A stretch of DNA of 62,134 bases, the filler included, from Globobulimina sp. (lineage: Eukaryota), in assembly GCA_003354225.1 (NCBI GenBank). It is 8 parts of 8 records of this genome, joined end to end, with 100 filler letters (N's around TTAATTAATTAA, not from the genome) between each part and the next. Parts side by side here need not be neighbours in the genome. Positions count along the whole stretch, not along the records: positions 7,831 to 15,528 come from PIVH01000129.1; positions 15,629 to 23,325 come from PIVH01000130.1; 6 more parts are not named here. One strand, written 5' to 3'. Under the pieces are notes generated by a model that worked only from the letters and a program-made list of their open reading frames with translations, ran no database searches and was not told where the DNA came from. The number at the start of each line of letters is the position of its first letter. Within the stretch, counting starts at the first letter, position 1. This document shows, piece by piece, positions 11,138-21,624 of the stretch. The position numbers and the translations under genes are program-made.

Positions 11138-12926
11138 TGATCGATCCCGTAATATCTGAAAAAGTAAAAAATTTACAAACATTACACGCCGAAGGCTATA
11201 AAAACAAACATCATTTCAACATAAATGCATTTAGAAAATACCTTAAATTGAAACAAAATGGGAACTTAGAAATCCATTTCATCGAAAATTGCTTCCCTTT
11301 ATGGAAATCCTTCCATAATAAAAGCTGGGAACCTTCGAACCTCTCAACAAAAATTAATAATTTAGTATGTACTAAAAATGATATTATTGCATTTATTGAT
11401 AAAATATCTGAGGAGTGCCAATTAGGCCAAATTGAGCCTATCAATTACGACCCAAAATATATATTAATGATCTTTGGAACACCAAAAAAAGATGAATTTG
11501 GTTTATATACTAAAACGAGAGTAATACGTAATGGCTCATTTCATGCATCCGGCAAAACAGCAATAAATCAATGGATTCGTAAAGAAAAATGTAATATGCG
11601 GGACCTCCCTAATTTGAAAACATACACCAAATTACTTATAAATAATGAATATATGTCCTTGCGTGACTTGGCAGACTTCTTCAGACAAATAAAACTGCCT
11701 GAAAGTGACGCGGATTTCGTTGGATATTCTTTATTTGGCCTACGATTTAGAGATCGTAGCCAACCGTATGGTGTATCCTCAGCACCCGGCAATTCCCAAT
11801 ACTTCTCAACAATTTTGGTTTGGATTCTGAATAATTGTGTACTTAATAAAAAACAGCAACATTTAATAAATTCAATTTTAGTCCATATCGATGACTTTGT
11901 CATCGCCGCAAAATCCAAAACCGACTGCCGTTTATTAACAAATTTATTCGATAACTTATTACGCGAATTAAAAGTAAAAATCTCTGAGCATAAATCTGTA
12001 GATTGTGTAAGGAAAGGAGTTATTTACGGTATTTATTGGAATTTGGCAAATAAAACACTCAAAATACCTGATTTAGCCTTAAAACAACTTAAATATTTTA
12101 TCTCTTTAGTCATAAAATACAGAATTGCAACGGGCCGCGCTTTGGAATCATTAACTGGCAAAATAATGCATTGGAGCCAGTTAAACAAAGCCACAAAAGC
12201 CTTAGCATACAGATCATTGGCTTATATTCATAAAAATATACGTAATGGCCGCTTAAATAAAACAGATTGCATAATATTACCCATTTCTGTTATCAATGAT
12301 TTACGTTTTTGGCTTAAATGGATTGATAATATTAAAATTGTGTCAATGTATACAATCTTAAACAATCCATCGATAAATGTGTTTGCTGCAACTGATGCGT
12401 GCAAATTTGGTGCAGGCTATGTCATTGATTCTTTATTTGCAAAATATAAATTCAATAAAAAGGATTTAAACCTCTCCATTAATCAAAAGGAGGCTCACTG
12501 TGTCCTAACACTCATCGAATCACATAAACGTTTATTAAATTGTATATTGATAATGCATCATGTTATTATTCAATGATTAGAAAATGGTCGACGTCGTATA
12601 ATATGATGATATTCGTATTTGAATTATGTTTATTAATGATAAAATACAAAATTTATATCCATTTTGTATGGCTACCATCAGCCTTTAATTTTTTACCAGA
12701 TCGATTGTCTAGATTTAAAATGACGGAATTCCATGAATTATGTACCAATTTTAATCTAAATTTAGTTGAAACCACATATGATTATTTTGGCAGATATCAA
12801 TTTGCCAATAATCCCTTAATGAATTATGAAAATGACATGGATGAATATGCAAAATTCATTAAATGGCTAAAACAACCATTAAATGTCAGAGCTGTCTCGC
12901 CATATAAATGTTATATGAAAATATGA
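11138..12926 (+). pseudogene. Element A reverse transcriptase-RNase H, frameshifted within RNase H at about 12540
   Basis: RT motifs PKKD...RVIRNGS, RDLADFFRQI, QPYGVSSAP and VHIDDF. RNase H motifs ATDAC, INQKEA, YIDNAS and N.LPDRLSR. Alignment to element B indicates a deletion of about 16 nt between ESHKRLL and LYIDN. Confidence 0.88.
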
Positions 12927-12976
12927 TTATAAACTCATTTCCAGTCTAATTTGCCCATTTTACGAGTGATTCAAGT

Positions 12977-13280
12977 TTAGCATTCCCAAAAATGCTCTCT
13001 TTAATATGTAAATTATATTATTATTTATATAATGCTTCTGTATAAATTCGTATAAATAATGATTAAATTATTAGTTTTAATGTATTTACTATCACTTAAA
13101 TCGCTAAAATCAAATTAAATTTGTGTTATTCGCATCAATCTAATAATTATGCATTGTATAATATGTTCAATTTAAATTTCTATCGATTCAATTTATATTA
13201 AAATGCCTTGACAAAATATAACTTGCCGTTTAATATAATGTTTCTAAAAAGACATATTAGCATTCCCTAAAATGCTCTTT
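12977..13280 (+). repeat. Two copies of a 24-nt hairpin-forming repeat TTAGCATTCCC(A/T)AAAATGCTCT(C/T)T in the pol-YR spacer (12977-13000, 13257-13280)
   Basis: Direct repeat with 22/24 identity; each copy has an AGCATT/AATGCT stem. Confidence 0.7.
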
Positions 13281-13671
13281 TTGTCTCTTGATATTCTAAA
13301 TTTACAAATTTTAATATTAATATTCAATATTTAAATGTTTACAATGGCCTCCTCAGACCGCTCAGAATTCAATGGAATTCGACTTAATATGCTCTATTTC
13401 TGTTTATCTGAGCTCGTGTCACGTTCCCCTGATGAAGGAAACTAAAGTGACTAAAACTGTTTTCGAGCTAAATTTTAAAATATACTTCGAAACTTTAGTG
13501 AAACCCTACAAGCTTTAAACAATTACATTTTTAATATTGTCTTTTGTTAATCGTTCTGGGCATTATTGTTTATCATTTTTGTCTTATAATTTGTGTGAAT
13601 TTTTTGCAAACAATCAATACTTTTTTGCAAACAATCAATTTTTAAATTTAAATTATTTTGTGTGTATATAG

Positions 13672-14888
13672 AATTCTTTCATGCCCGTTTAGCTAATAAT
13701 CGTATTGCCCCTAAAGACCCCAAAAATACACAACATATTCAAAAAATAAGATCCCGCGATAAAGTACATTTAACAAAAATACATTATGTTTCCAGTTTGC
13801 GAAACTGGTCAAAATATTGTTTAACAATCGATGAAGATCCATTGCAAATGCCATTGGACCCGCTGACGATAACGTATTGGTTCTCCGAAAGAGCACTACA
13901 ATTAGGCAGCGTCCAATCAATTGATACTTGGCAGTCAACATTAATATGGCTATGCAAATTATGTGGAGCCAATACTGCATGGAAAGGTGATATGGATTTT
14001 AAGGATTTTAAAAGTGGCTTAAAAATCGAATATTGGAAGAATGCACTAAGCAGACTTCCATTTGAATTAAAACACATAATAATGTATACAAAATTTTATA
14101 AAGCGTATGGAAAGCACCTATTAACAATCGATATTGATAATTTATTGAAGGTATTAATTGCGCAAATCTACTTTTGCTCAATGTCGAGACCGTGCGAATT
14201 AATAATATGTAAATCAAATAAAACTAAATTTGGTGTTAAATTAAAACATGTTTTTCATATAAATACAGCACCAAATAAATTAAATTGGTACTTTAAATTA
14301 TTTGTTGTTTCCTTCAAAAATCAAAAATTCAAAAGTGTTATTAAGAGAGTAATCATAGGAGACTCCAGATGCGGTCATAAATATATTAAAAATACACAGA
14401 AACACTGTCCATGCAATTATTTAAACCCATATCTATTACTAAGTATATATTTAGACAGATCATACAAATATGCATTACAAAACAAATATTTTACAATAAA
14501 TAAAAATCAGAATTTATTCAGATTTAAAAATAATATAAATGCCGTAACTACGGACTTATTAAACATAGCGAAAGAAATCACCATAATTTGCAATCTATCT
14601 GAATCTGAGCGGTATACTTCCTATGCCTTCAGAATTGGTGGTGCTTCTCTCGCCAATAATAACCAAATACCACATCCTAAAATCCTAAAATATGTCGGCT
14701 GGAAGCCATCGAATTTGCCGCATGTTTCTTACAGATATATGTACTTCAAAGAAGAACATTTTGCGACCTTTATTCGTGAATTAGTCCATGGATATAATTT
14801 TGAAAATAATAATGAGTTTAATTTGAATAATAATACAGGGCAAATATTTGATCCATGGGCAAATCGAGTTGACTACAAAGACTGGTAA
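13672..14888 (+). CDS. Element A tyrosine recombinase
   Basis: MSRPCEL (catalytic R), SFKN (K), SYAFRIGGAS (HxxR box with Y), VGWKPS (W) and YRYM (catalytic Y). N-terminal Y...LRNW..YC core-binding region. No ATG at the ORF start; acceptor TATATAG|AA. Confidence 0.9.
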
Positions 14889-15351
14889 TATCCATATAAT
14901 AATTCTCTCTCTTCATACCACAAAGTGATAACCACAAATCTGTAACTCCCCATAGTGATTTATTTCCAATGCGGTTTTATGTCTGGCACTTTTGTATATG
15001 TTGTTGTAGCACCAGTCTTTAGTTAGTGTTTGTTTGGGTGACTTTAAGTTTTCGTGTTTGGTTTTTGTTTCCCTCTCACAAATTTTAGTCCCCTCTACGT
15101 TCCTTTTCAAATTCCTTTAACGGCCACAGGTTTTAAAAAGATAAAATTTAGTCCTACGGGCAACGGGGTTTTATTTATATTTTATGGTGTATTGTACCAT
15201 AAAATAATACTATTGATTGGTTTATTTCTACCAATTAATAACATCAATATTAATTTAAATTTATTTCTCCCGTTTGTTCAAATATAAATCAAGTGGTCAT
15301 CACTGTTACCACTAACTTGAAATCAGTAATTAAATAAAAGTTATTAAGTTA

Positions 15352-15528
15352 TCACAACAATTCTTTTAATTGCTCATTTCGTAAATTTAGCATTGTCTGT
15401 GTTCGCTGTTTCTCCCTTTCATACTCAGTGACAGTCTTTTCCAGCAACCTCTTCAATCTGTGATTTTGTGCATTTTTCTTTTCCAACACAACTTGCATTC
15501 TGGTTTGACATTCTTCCATTAACTTTTC
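15352..15528 (-). CDS. C-terminal coiled-coil fragment of a probable host gene (5'-truncated by the contig end)
   Basis: Manual translation: EKLMEECQTRMQVVLEKKNAQNHRLKRLLEKTVTEYEREKQRTQTMLNLRNEQLKELL**. It bounds the right end of element A. Confidence 0.55.
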   Translation of the reverse strand, partial: EKLMEECQTRMQVVLEKKNAQNHRLKRLLEKTVTEYEREKQRTQTMLNLRNEQLKELL

Positions 15529-15628
15529 NNNNNNNNNNNNNNNNNNNNNNNNNNNNNNNNNNNNNNNNNNNNTTAATTAATTAANNNNNNNNNNNNNNNN
15601 NNNNNNNNNNNNNNNNNNNNNNNNNNNN

Positions 15629-18301
15629 CAAGCACCTACTCAGCCACCCTCACTCGCACCCACTCAGCCACCCTCACAAGCACCTACTCAGCCACCTACT
15701 ATTGCGCCTTCACTCGCACCTACCCAGTCACCATCACTCGCCCCTACCCAACCACCGTCACTCGCCCCTACTCAACCACCATCACTGGCGCCTACTCAAC
15801 CACCCTCTCACTCACCTACCCAGCCACCGTCAACTGCGCCAACCCAACCGCCTTCATTAGCACCCACGACTGCGCCAACCCGTACACGTCATCCCACATC
15901 TGATCCTACATTCGATCCAACAAGTGATCCAACAGAGGAACCAACATTTTTCCCTACTTTTCATCCCACAAATGATCCAACTTTTGAACCCACACTTGAG
16001 CCAACTACAGATCCAACCAACGACCCCACTGCAGATCCTACGGCTGATCCAACCTACGAACCTACATTTGATCCTACATCCGACCCAACTGCAGATCCAA
16101 CATATGAGCCAACATTTGATCCCACTGCCGAGCCCACTGCCGATCCAACCTACGAACCTACATTTGATCCTACATTCGACCCCACCGCTGATCCCACCGC
16201 TGATCCCACCAATGATCCCACTGCAGATCCAACCTATGAGCCTACCTATGAACCTACATTCGAGCCAACTGCGGACCCCACTGCTGACCCCACTGCAGAT
16301 CCAACCAATGATCCAACTGGAGACCCCACTGCTGATCCAACCTATGAACCTACATTCGATCCCACTGCAGATCCCACTGCAGACCCAACCATGGAGCCCA
16401 CCACAGATCCAACCACGGAACCTACCACAGATCCGACTAACGCACCTTCCCTCGCTCCATCCTCTGCACCTACACAACCACCGACATTGGCACCAACTAA
16501 CGCACCTTCCCTCGCTCCATCTTCTGCACCTACACAATCACCGACATTGGCACCAACAGAACTATGCACGAGTATGATTATACAGATTAATCTCATTGAG
16601 AATAATATGGATGCGAATGGCATCATTATTGATGTAAATCATTACAATGGACATTATATTGAAGAGGCTAGTAAACAGTTTGATCGACCAAAATGGAGAC
16701 AGACTGACCAAAATAGTGTAATTTCATGGCGACCGTCGTATTGGAGCATATATTCATTTATAACATCAGATGAATTATTATATTTAGATGACGCTGGATT
16801 ACATCCACCGACAAATCAAATCTCAATATGGTATTTAAGCAGAGATTATAATATTTCTGCACAGATTGAGTTAGAATGTAGTTTAAGTTTAGCCCCTACT
16901 GCGGCGCCTAGCGTATCGCCATCCATTGCACCGACACAACCACCATCTATGTCACCTAGTGCAGCTCCATCGGTTGCACCGTCTATTGCCCCCACTACAG
17001 CCCCAACAGCATCGCCCTCGATGGCTCCCTCTGCTGCGCCTAGTTTAGCACCGAGCACAGCACCGTCCGCATCACCGACACAACCGCCGACTGCAGCGCC
17101 TAGTACAGCTCCCTCCGTAGCACCCTCCGCATCGCCTACCCAGCCGCCTACCACTTCGCCCGTTACACAATGCCAAGTATTACGTGTGACAATCCATAAT
17201 AATATTGATATTGATATATTTGATTTTGAGCAGCAAGCACATTTAATAAATTATAAAACAAATTGGTTTCGCGCAAGTGATGGCTCTGCCATTCAATATG
17301 ACAACAGCCATAATCGGTGGCTCATTATTATTGGTAGTAATCCTCCATTTTTCTATTTATCAACGGATGCAATGCCACCGGCCACTGCCAATTGGACGTA
17401 TGGTGGGGATGATGGTGATGCATATGACATTGTAATAGATACGCGATGTGATCCAGGACCACTCACCGACGCGCCCAGCACCACTGCGCCCACAGCACAG
17501 CCAAGCATGACGCCGCCAACAAGTGCGCCAAGCACCAATATGCCGAGTACCAGTGCTGAACCAACCACTTCTCGACCCACCGTCGACTCAAATCCTGGTG
17601 GCACAACATGTGAATCATGGCAATTTAATATCTCTTTTACCGGTACTATTGATCCGCAATCCGCGTCGGAAGTGTCTATATTGAAAGAATCATTGATTAA
17701 ATGTATTATGGATACAATTTTATTGAAACGCAAATTTCAGAATGAATGGGATGATGAATGGTGTATTATTATTGCTGAATATGTCTATGATGAAAATGAT
17801 GCTGAATTGCAAGTAGTATTAAGTGTAAATGATGAATTATATGATGATTATTTTGAAAAATTTAATAAAAATAAATTTCTCTCTCAATTGCAAGAATGTA
17901 TGGCCATACAGTTGGAGTTCGAAAGCAGTGAACAAGAAATCAATGGATTGGCTATGTCTTCTTTAATTTATTCGATTAGTACAACAAATGCTGTGTCGAC
18001 CACGATGGTAAACGGTAATGGAGAGAAAGATGGAATGAATAGTTTACCATTGGGATTAGGTGAGGAATGTGACGCATTTTCCTTATTATGTTGGCAGTTA
18101 TATGTCATTATTATCGGTTTAATTTTATTGCTTATTATGTGTATAATATGTGTTTGTTTTAAAACAAAAAAAGATATTAAAGCAGGTAAATTTGCACATT
18201 TAAAACAAAATTCGCAAGCTTCTCAAATAGATATTGAACTGCAACCGCGCTCAAATAATACTGATGGTACACACAAAACAGGAACAGATTTAGATTTGTA
18301 A
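15629..18301 (+). CDS. Type I membrane protein with mucin-like PT/PS repeats and two Cys-flanked modules (5'-truncated)
   Basis: The frame of ORF 16391 is open back to the contig start (QAPTQPPSLAPT..., DPTADPTNDPT...). C-terminal TM LYVIIIGLILLLIMCIICVCF followed by KTKK. Confidence 0.85.
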   Translation, partial: QAPTQPPSLAPTQPPSQAPTQPPTIAPSLAPTQSPSLAPTQPPSLAPTQPPSLAPTQPPSHSPTQPPSTAPTQPPSLAPTTAPTRTRHPTSDPTFDPTSDPTEEPTFFPTFHPTNDPTFEPTLEPTTDPTNDPTADPTADPTYEPTFDPTSDPTADPTYEPTFDPTAEPTADPTYEPTFDPTFDPTADPTADPTNDPTADPTYEPTYEPTFEPTADPTADPTADPTNDPTGDPTADPTYEPTFDPTADPTADPTMEPTTDPTTEPTTDPTNAPSLAPSSAPTQPPTLAPTNAPSLAPSSAPTQSPTLAPTELCTSMIIQINLIENNMDANGIIIDVNHYNGHYIEEASKQFDRPKWRQTDQNSVISWRPSYWSIYSFITSDELLYLDDAGLHPPTNQISIWYLSRDYNISAQIELECSLSLAPTAAPSVSPSIAPTQPPSMSPSAAPSVAPSIAPTTAPTASPSMAPSAAPSLAPSTAPSASPTQPPTAAPSTAPSVAPSASPTQPPTTSPVTQCQVLRVTIHNNIDIDIFDFEQQAHLINYKTNWFRASDGSAIQYDNSHNRWLIIIGSNPPFFYLSTDAMPPATANWTYGGDDGDAYDIVIDTRCDPGPLTDAPSTTAPTAQPSMTPPTSAPSTNMPSTSAEPTTSRPTVDSNPGGTTCESWQFNISFTGTIDPQSASEVSILKESLIKCIMDTILLKRKFQNEWDDEWCIIIAEYVYDENDAELQVVLSVNDELYDDYFEKFNKNKFLSQLQECMAIQLEFESSEQEINGLAMSSLIYSISTTNAVSTTMVNGNGEKDGMNSLPLGLGEECDAFSLLCWQLYVIIIGLILLLIMCIICVCFKTKKDIKAGKFAHLKQNSQASQIDIELQPRSNNTDGTHKTGTDLDL

Positions 18302-19065
18302 AGCTATTTATTCATTTATATTTTACTCGTATCATAAGTTAATAATTAAATTTTTTATTTCCATCCACCTTTCTTTTTCACTTAAAAAAAAAGCTTTTTT
18401 TTAGTTGTATAGATAAATTGTAGCACATTTAGATTTGTTACAATTTATTAAGTAATATTTTAAGTATTTTTGTCAATTTCCCAAAAAAAAAAATTGTTTT
18501 TTTATATTATATTTGTTTTTGTATTTTGTTTTTGGATAACTAGTCTACAGAACTTTTTTTAATTTGTGGGATTATTTAAGGTATTTTTGTTAAAATACAG
18601 TAAATAATTCCATTCATTAAAAAACAAAAAGCGTTTCTGTAATCTAGTCATCGTTTTGTAATCTTAATTTTGGTTTTTTTGTTTAAACGACAAAAAAATA
18701 ATATTTCTGAAAATTGCTAAACTGGATATTACTGCTGTTCGTGATGTTGTTTTTTAATTGTAATTTTATGTTCGTGTTTATAATTGCATTGCATTACATT
18801 TTATCATTCGGCTCGCCAGAAAAACCTCAAAAGAAATGAAAGAATTGTGTCGAAGCATAGTGTTATAGTTTATTGAGATTAATTTTCTAGATAACACAAT
18901 ATCACAACGGATAGGTGTTTAATAATAACACTGTTTTTAAGATATTTACGAAGTTGAAGAAACTCAATAAATCGTTATAAACAATAAACCCAATAAACTC
19001 TACTAGTAACACTTAAACTAAATCCTCTTAGAGTTCTAAGACCAAGACCAAGACCAACTGCCACA

Positions 19066-20094
19066 ATGTCTATTATATCAAATTTCTTTGGTAGCAATCC
19101 AACAATGACATTAACATGGAATGACCAAGATTCATTACCCACAGTGCGTGTGCCATCAGATGATGATAGAAGGATAGATAAATTATATTTATTTGCAGCG
19201 GACCAGGCGGTGAGTGGCAAAGTAGATATCATAATGCCGCCAAATACAAAAAAGATTGAACATAATGGCATTAAGGCAGAGTTGATCGGGCAAATAGAGT
19301 TAGCGTATGATCGCGGCAATCATTATATATTCTTTTCATCGCAAAAAGAATTGAGTGGCCCAGGCATATTAACCCAAGACTCGGCCTACAAATTCGAATT
19401 CACCGACAAAGATAATGACAAAAAATATGAAGCTTATGATGGCATCAATGTGCGATTGAGGTATATTTTATATTTATATTTATATTATATTATAATATCA
19501 ATAAATAAATCTATGCGAATTTGCGCGTGATACTGATATAGATACTTTATACGTATTCGAATAACCCGCGCATATTCATCAATATCCAAAGAATTTGATT
19601 TTGCAGTCCAAAAAATCCAAGACTTGCCTGAAGTAAATAATGAGTTAAAAATGGAAGTTGGAATTGAGGATTGTTTACATATTGAATTCGAATATGACAA
19701 ATCCAAATATCATTTAAAAGATGTGATTCGTGGAAAGATCTTTTTTTTATTGGTTCGTATTAAAATAAAACATATGGAATTGCAAATTTTAAAGAGAGAA
19801 TCAACGGGAAGCGGCCCCAACTTATACAATGAGACGGAGGTAATCACTAAATTTGAGATTATGGACGGTGCGCCCATCAAAGGTGAAAACGTACCAATTC
19901 GACTATTCTTAGAGCCGTACGATTTAACCCCGACATTTCGCACCATTCATAATAAATTCTCTGTAAAATATTATTTAAATTTAGTATTAGTGGATGAAGA
20001 GGAACGACGATACTTCAAACAGCAAGAAATTACCATTTGGAGAAAACAATTAAAGCATCATTATGATCCATTTGCAAAACCTTTGTCTGGTTAA
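19066..20094 (+). CDS. VPS26: Retromer subunit VPS26 (exons 19066-19460 and 19542-20094)
   Basis: EHNGIKAELIGQIEL, GINVRLR|YF, KMEVGIEDCLHIEFEY, KFEIMDGAP and RRYFKQQEITIWR. 81-nt intron GTATAT...TACTGATATAG. Confidence 0.96.
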
Positions 20095-20114
20095 CCGTAA
20101 CAATAACAATAAAC

Positions 20115-21221
20115 TTATATTTTTGTTTTGTAATTTGTATTCGCCCAAAATATTTGTCCAGTACTTGAAGAAGCATTGAACATTACCTTTGTACCACTTT
20201 TAAATTGTCTTGTATAGATATCACCATTTTTGACAGCGCGGCCTAAAGGTTGTCCAAGCGGTTTATCGTATTCCTCATGCCATTGCAGCCAATTATTTTG
20301 TACTTGCCATCCTGTGGAACATGCATAATATGAATATTTCTCTGCTGCGATTAAAAATGCAGCCAATGAAGTTGTTATATTTGTACAATTATTATTACCA
20401 TCAATCAGGCCATTCACTCGCGCTTCGACCAAAACACCTTTTCGTGTCCATTCCATAATATCCAATAAATATTCTTCTATGCCTTGAAATCCCTGCATTT
20501 GTGTGGCAATGATACCATTTGGAACAAACAAATTATTTGAAATTAAGATGCTGTTATTTGATTCATTCAAATATTTTTGGGTTCTTATTAAAGTTTCATT
20601 ATGTCCATATTCAAAAGCGTATTGTTGTTCGGCTGTAAAATTATATTCCACATCGTGGGTGGGATTCGCGTGTGGTTTGTCAACAAAACATCCATCAATA
20701 ATATGTGGGTAATTTTTAGTTAAATTAATACATTCATTGCTAAATAAATCAACAACGTTTTGTTGCTGGAAGTCAAATACAAGCATTCCTTGTTGAGGCT
20801 GTGGGAATGACTGATCGCCAGACGTTAGAACCACGGTTCCATTATTATCTCTTAACCAATATTGCGGATTCTGTGCCATAATCTCATGCAAATAATACAT
20901 AGTCCAATCATTTATTGAATTGTAATAAAATATACACGTAATATTGGCTCGTAACTTCTTCACCGCCTGGCAAGCTTCAACAATATTCTTTTCTGCATAA
21001 TTACTCGCATATGGTTCTTCTGTGGCGTATATGCCCTGACCTTTTTCAATTGTAATCAGCGGAAACTTCGCAAAAAAATCCAATGCTGTTTGATTAAATG
21101 GCCCGGTAACATTACACATGTGAATAAAAACAGGCACTGTGTCCCATGAAAATTCAGGCCATTTCAATTCACAGGACACCAGTGATACCAATACATATAA
21201 TGTGGCTAAATATGAAATCAT
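20115..21221 (-). CDS. Secreted putative glycoside hydrolase (GHL15-like TIM barrel)
   Basis: Signal peptide; WPEFSWDTVPVFIH, LITIEK, DGCFVD, LAAFLIAA and EYDKPLGQPLG...YTRQF.SGT.V. Confidence 0.65.
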   Translation of the reverse strand: MISYLATLYVLVSLVSCELKWPEFSWDTVPVFIHMCNVTGPFNQTALDFFAKFPLITIEKGQGIYATEEPYASNYAEKNIVEACQAVKKLRANITCIFYYNSINDWTMYYLHEIMAQNPQYWLRDNNGTVVLTSGDQSFPQPQQGMLVFDFQQQNVVDLFSNECINLTKNYPHIIDGCFVDKPHANPTHDVEYNFTAEQQYAFEYGHNETLIRTQKYLNESNNSILISNNLFVPNGIIATQMQGFQGIEEYLLDIMEWTRKGVLVEARVNGLIDGNNNCTNITTSLAAFLIAAEKYSYYACSTGWQVQNNWLQWHEEYDKPLGQPLGRAVKNGDIYTRQFKSGTKVMFNASSSTGQIFWANTNYKTKI

Positions 21222-21624
21222 ACCGCTGTTGACTACTGTTTCAACATAGCTGAAAAAATGAAAGTGTAGTATGTGAGAAGTTTTTGAGTTTTAGACATTT
21301 GTTGCTTTGCTGTATTGAACACATCCTGCATCACATACAGGTTATTATAAAACATGTAGCAATTTTTGCAAATTATTCATCATCCATTAATACCATTTAA
21401 TATATTCAAATTATCATCGATATATTATATATGGCTCAATTATAAAATATGAATAACACTTGGTCATCACTGCCCTATTTCGAGAAATATGAATATTCCG
21501 CACACAAACATTATGATAATCAACTACATTGTGAAAAATCTCAGCAATCGAAAAAAAAAGATCTAGAGACAGAGAGAGAAAAAAGTATTAATAAGAAAAA
21601 AAAAGTAAAAATAAATTACTAGTA

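Larger units (their letters stand above)
8287..15290 (+). mobile_element. Tyrosine-recombinase retrotransposon (DIRS order, Ngaro/DIRS-like), element A; boundaries approximate
   Basis: Same-strand ORF1, Gag-like CCCH zinc-finger ORF, RT-RNaseH and tyrosine recombinase. All four are homologous to those of element B at 46749-54392. No DDE integrase or protease seen. Confidence 0.9.

Noticed and set aside
12530-12580. Programmed -1 frameshift in element A pol
   Set aside because: Element B is continuous here and has about five more residues, so A carries an inactivating deletion or an assembly error.
13662-14888. Prophage or integron integrase, or a bacterial retron/DGR system
   Set aside because: The RT is followed by RNase H and preceded by a CCCH Gag-like ORF, with splice signals and eukaryotic neighbours. 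This is the DIRS-order layout; no template/variable repeat pair or attC array is seen.
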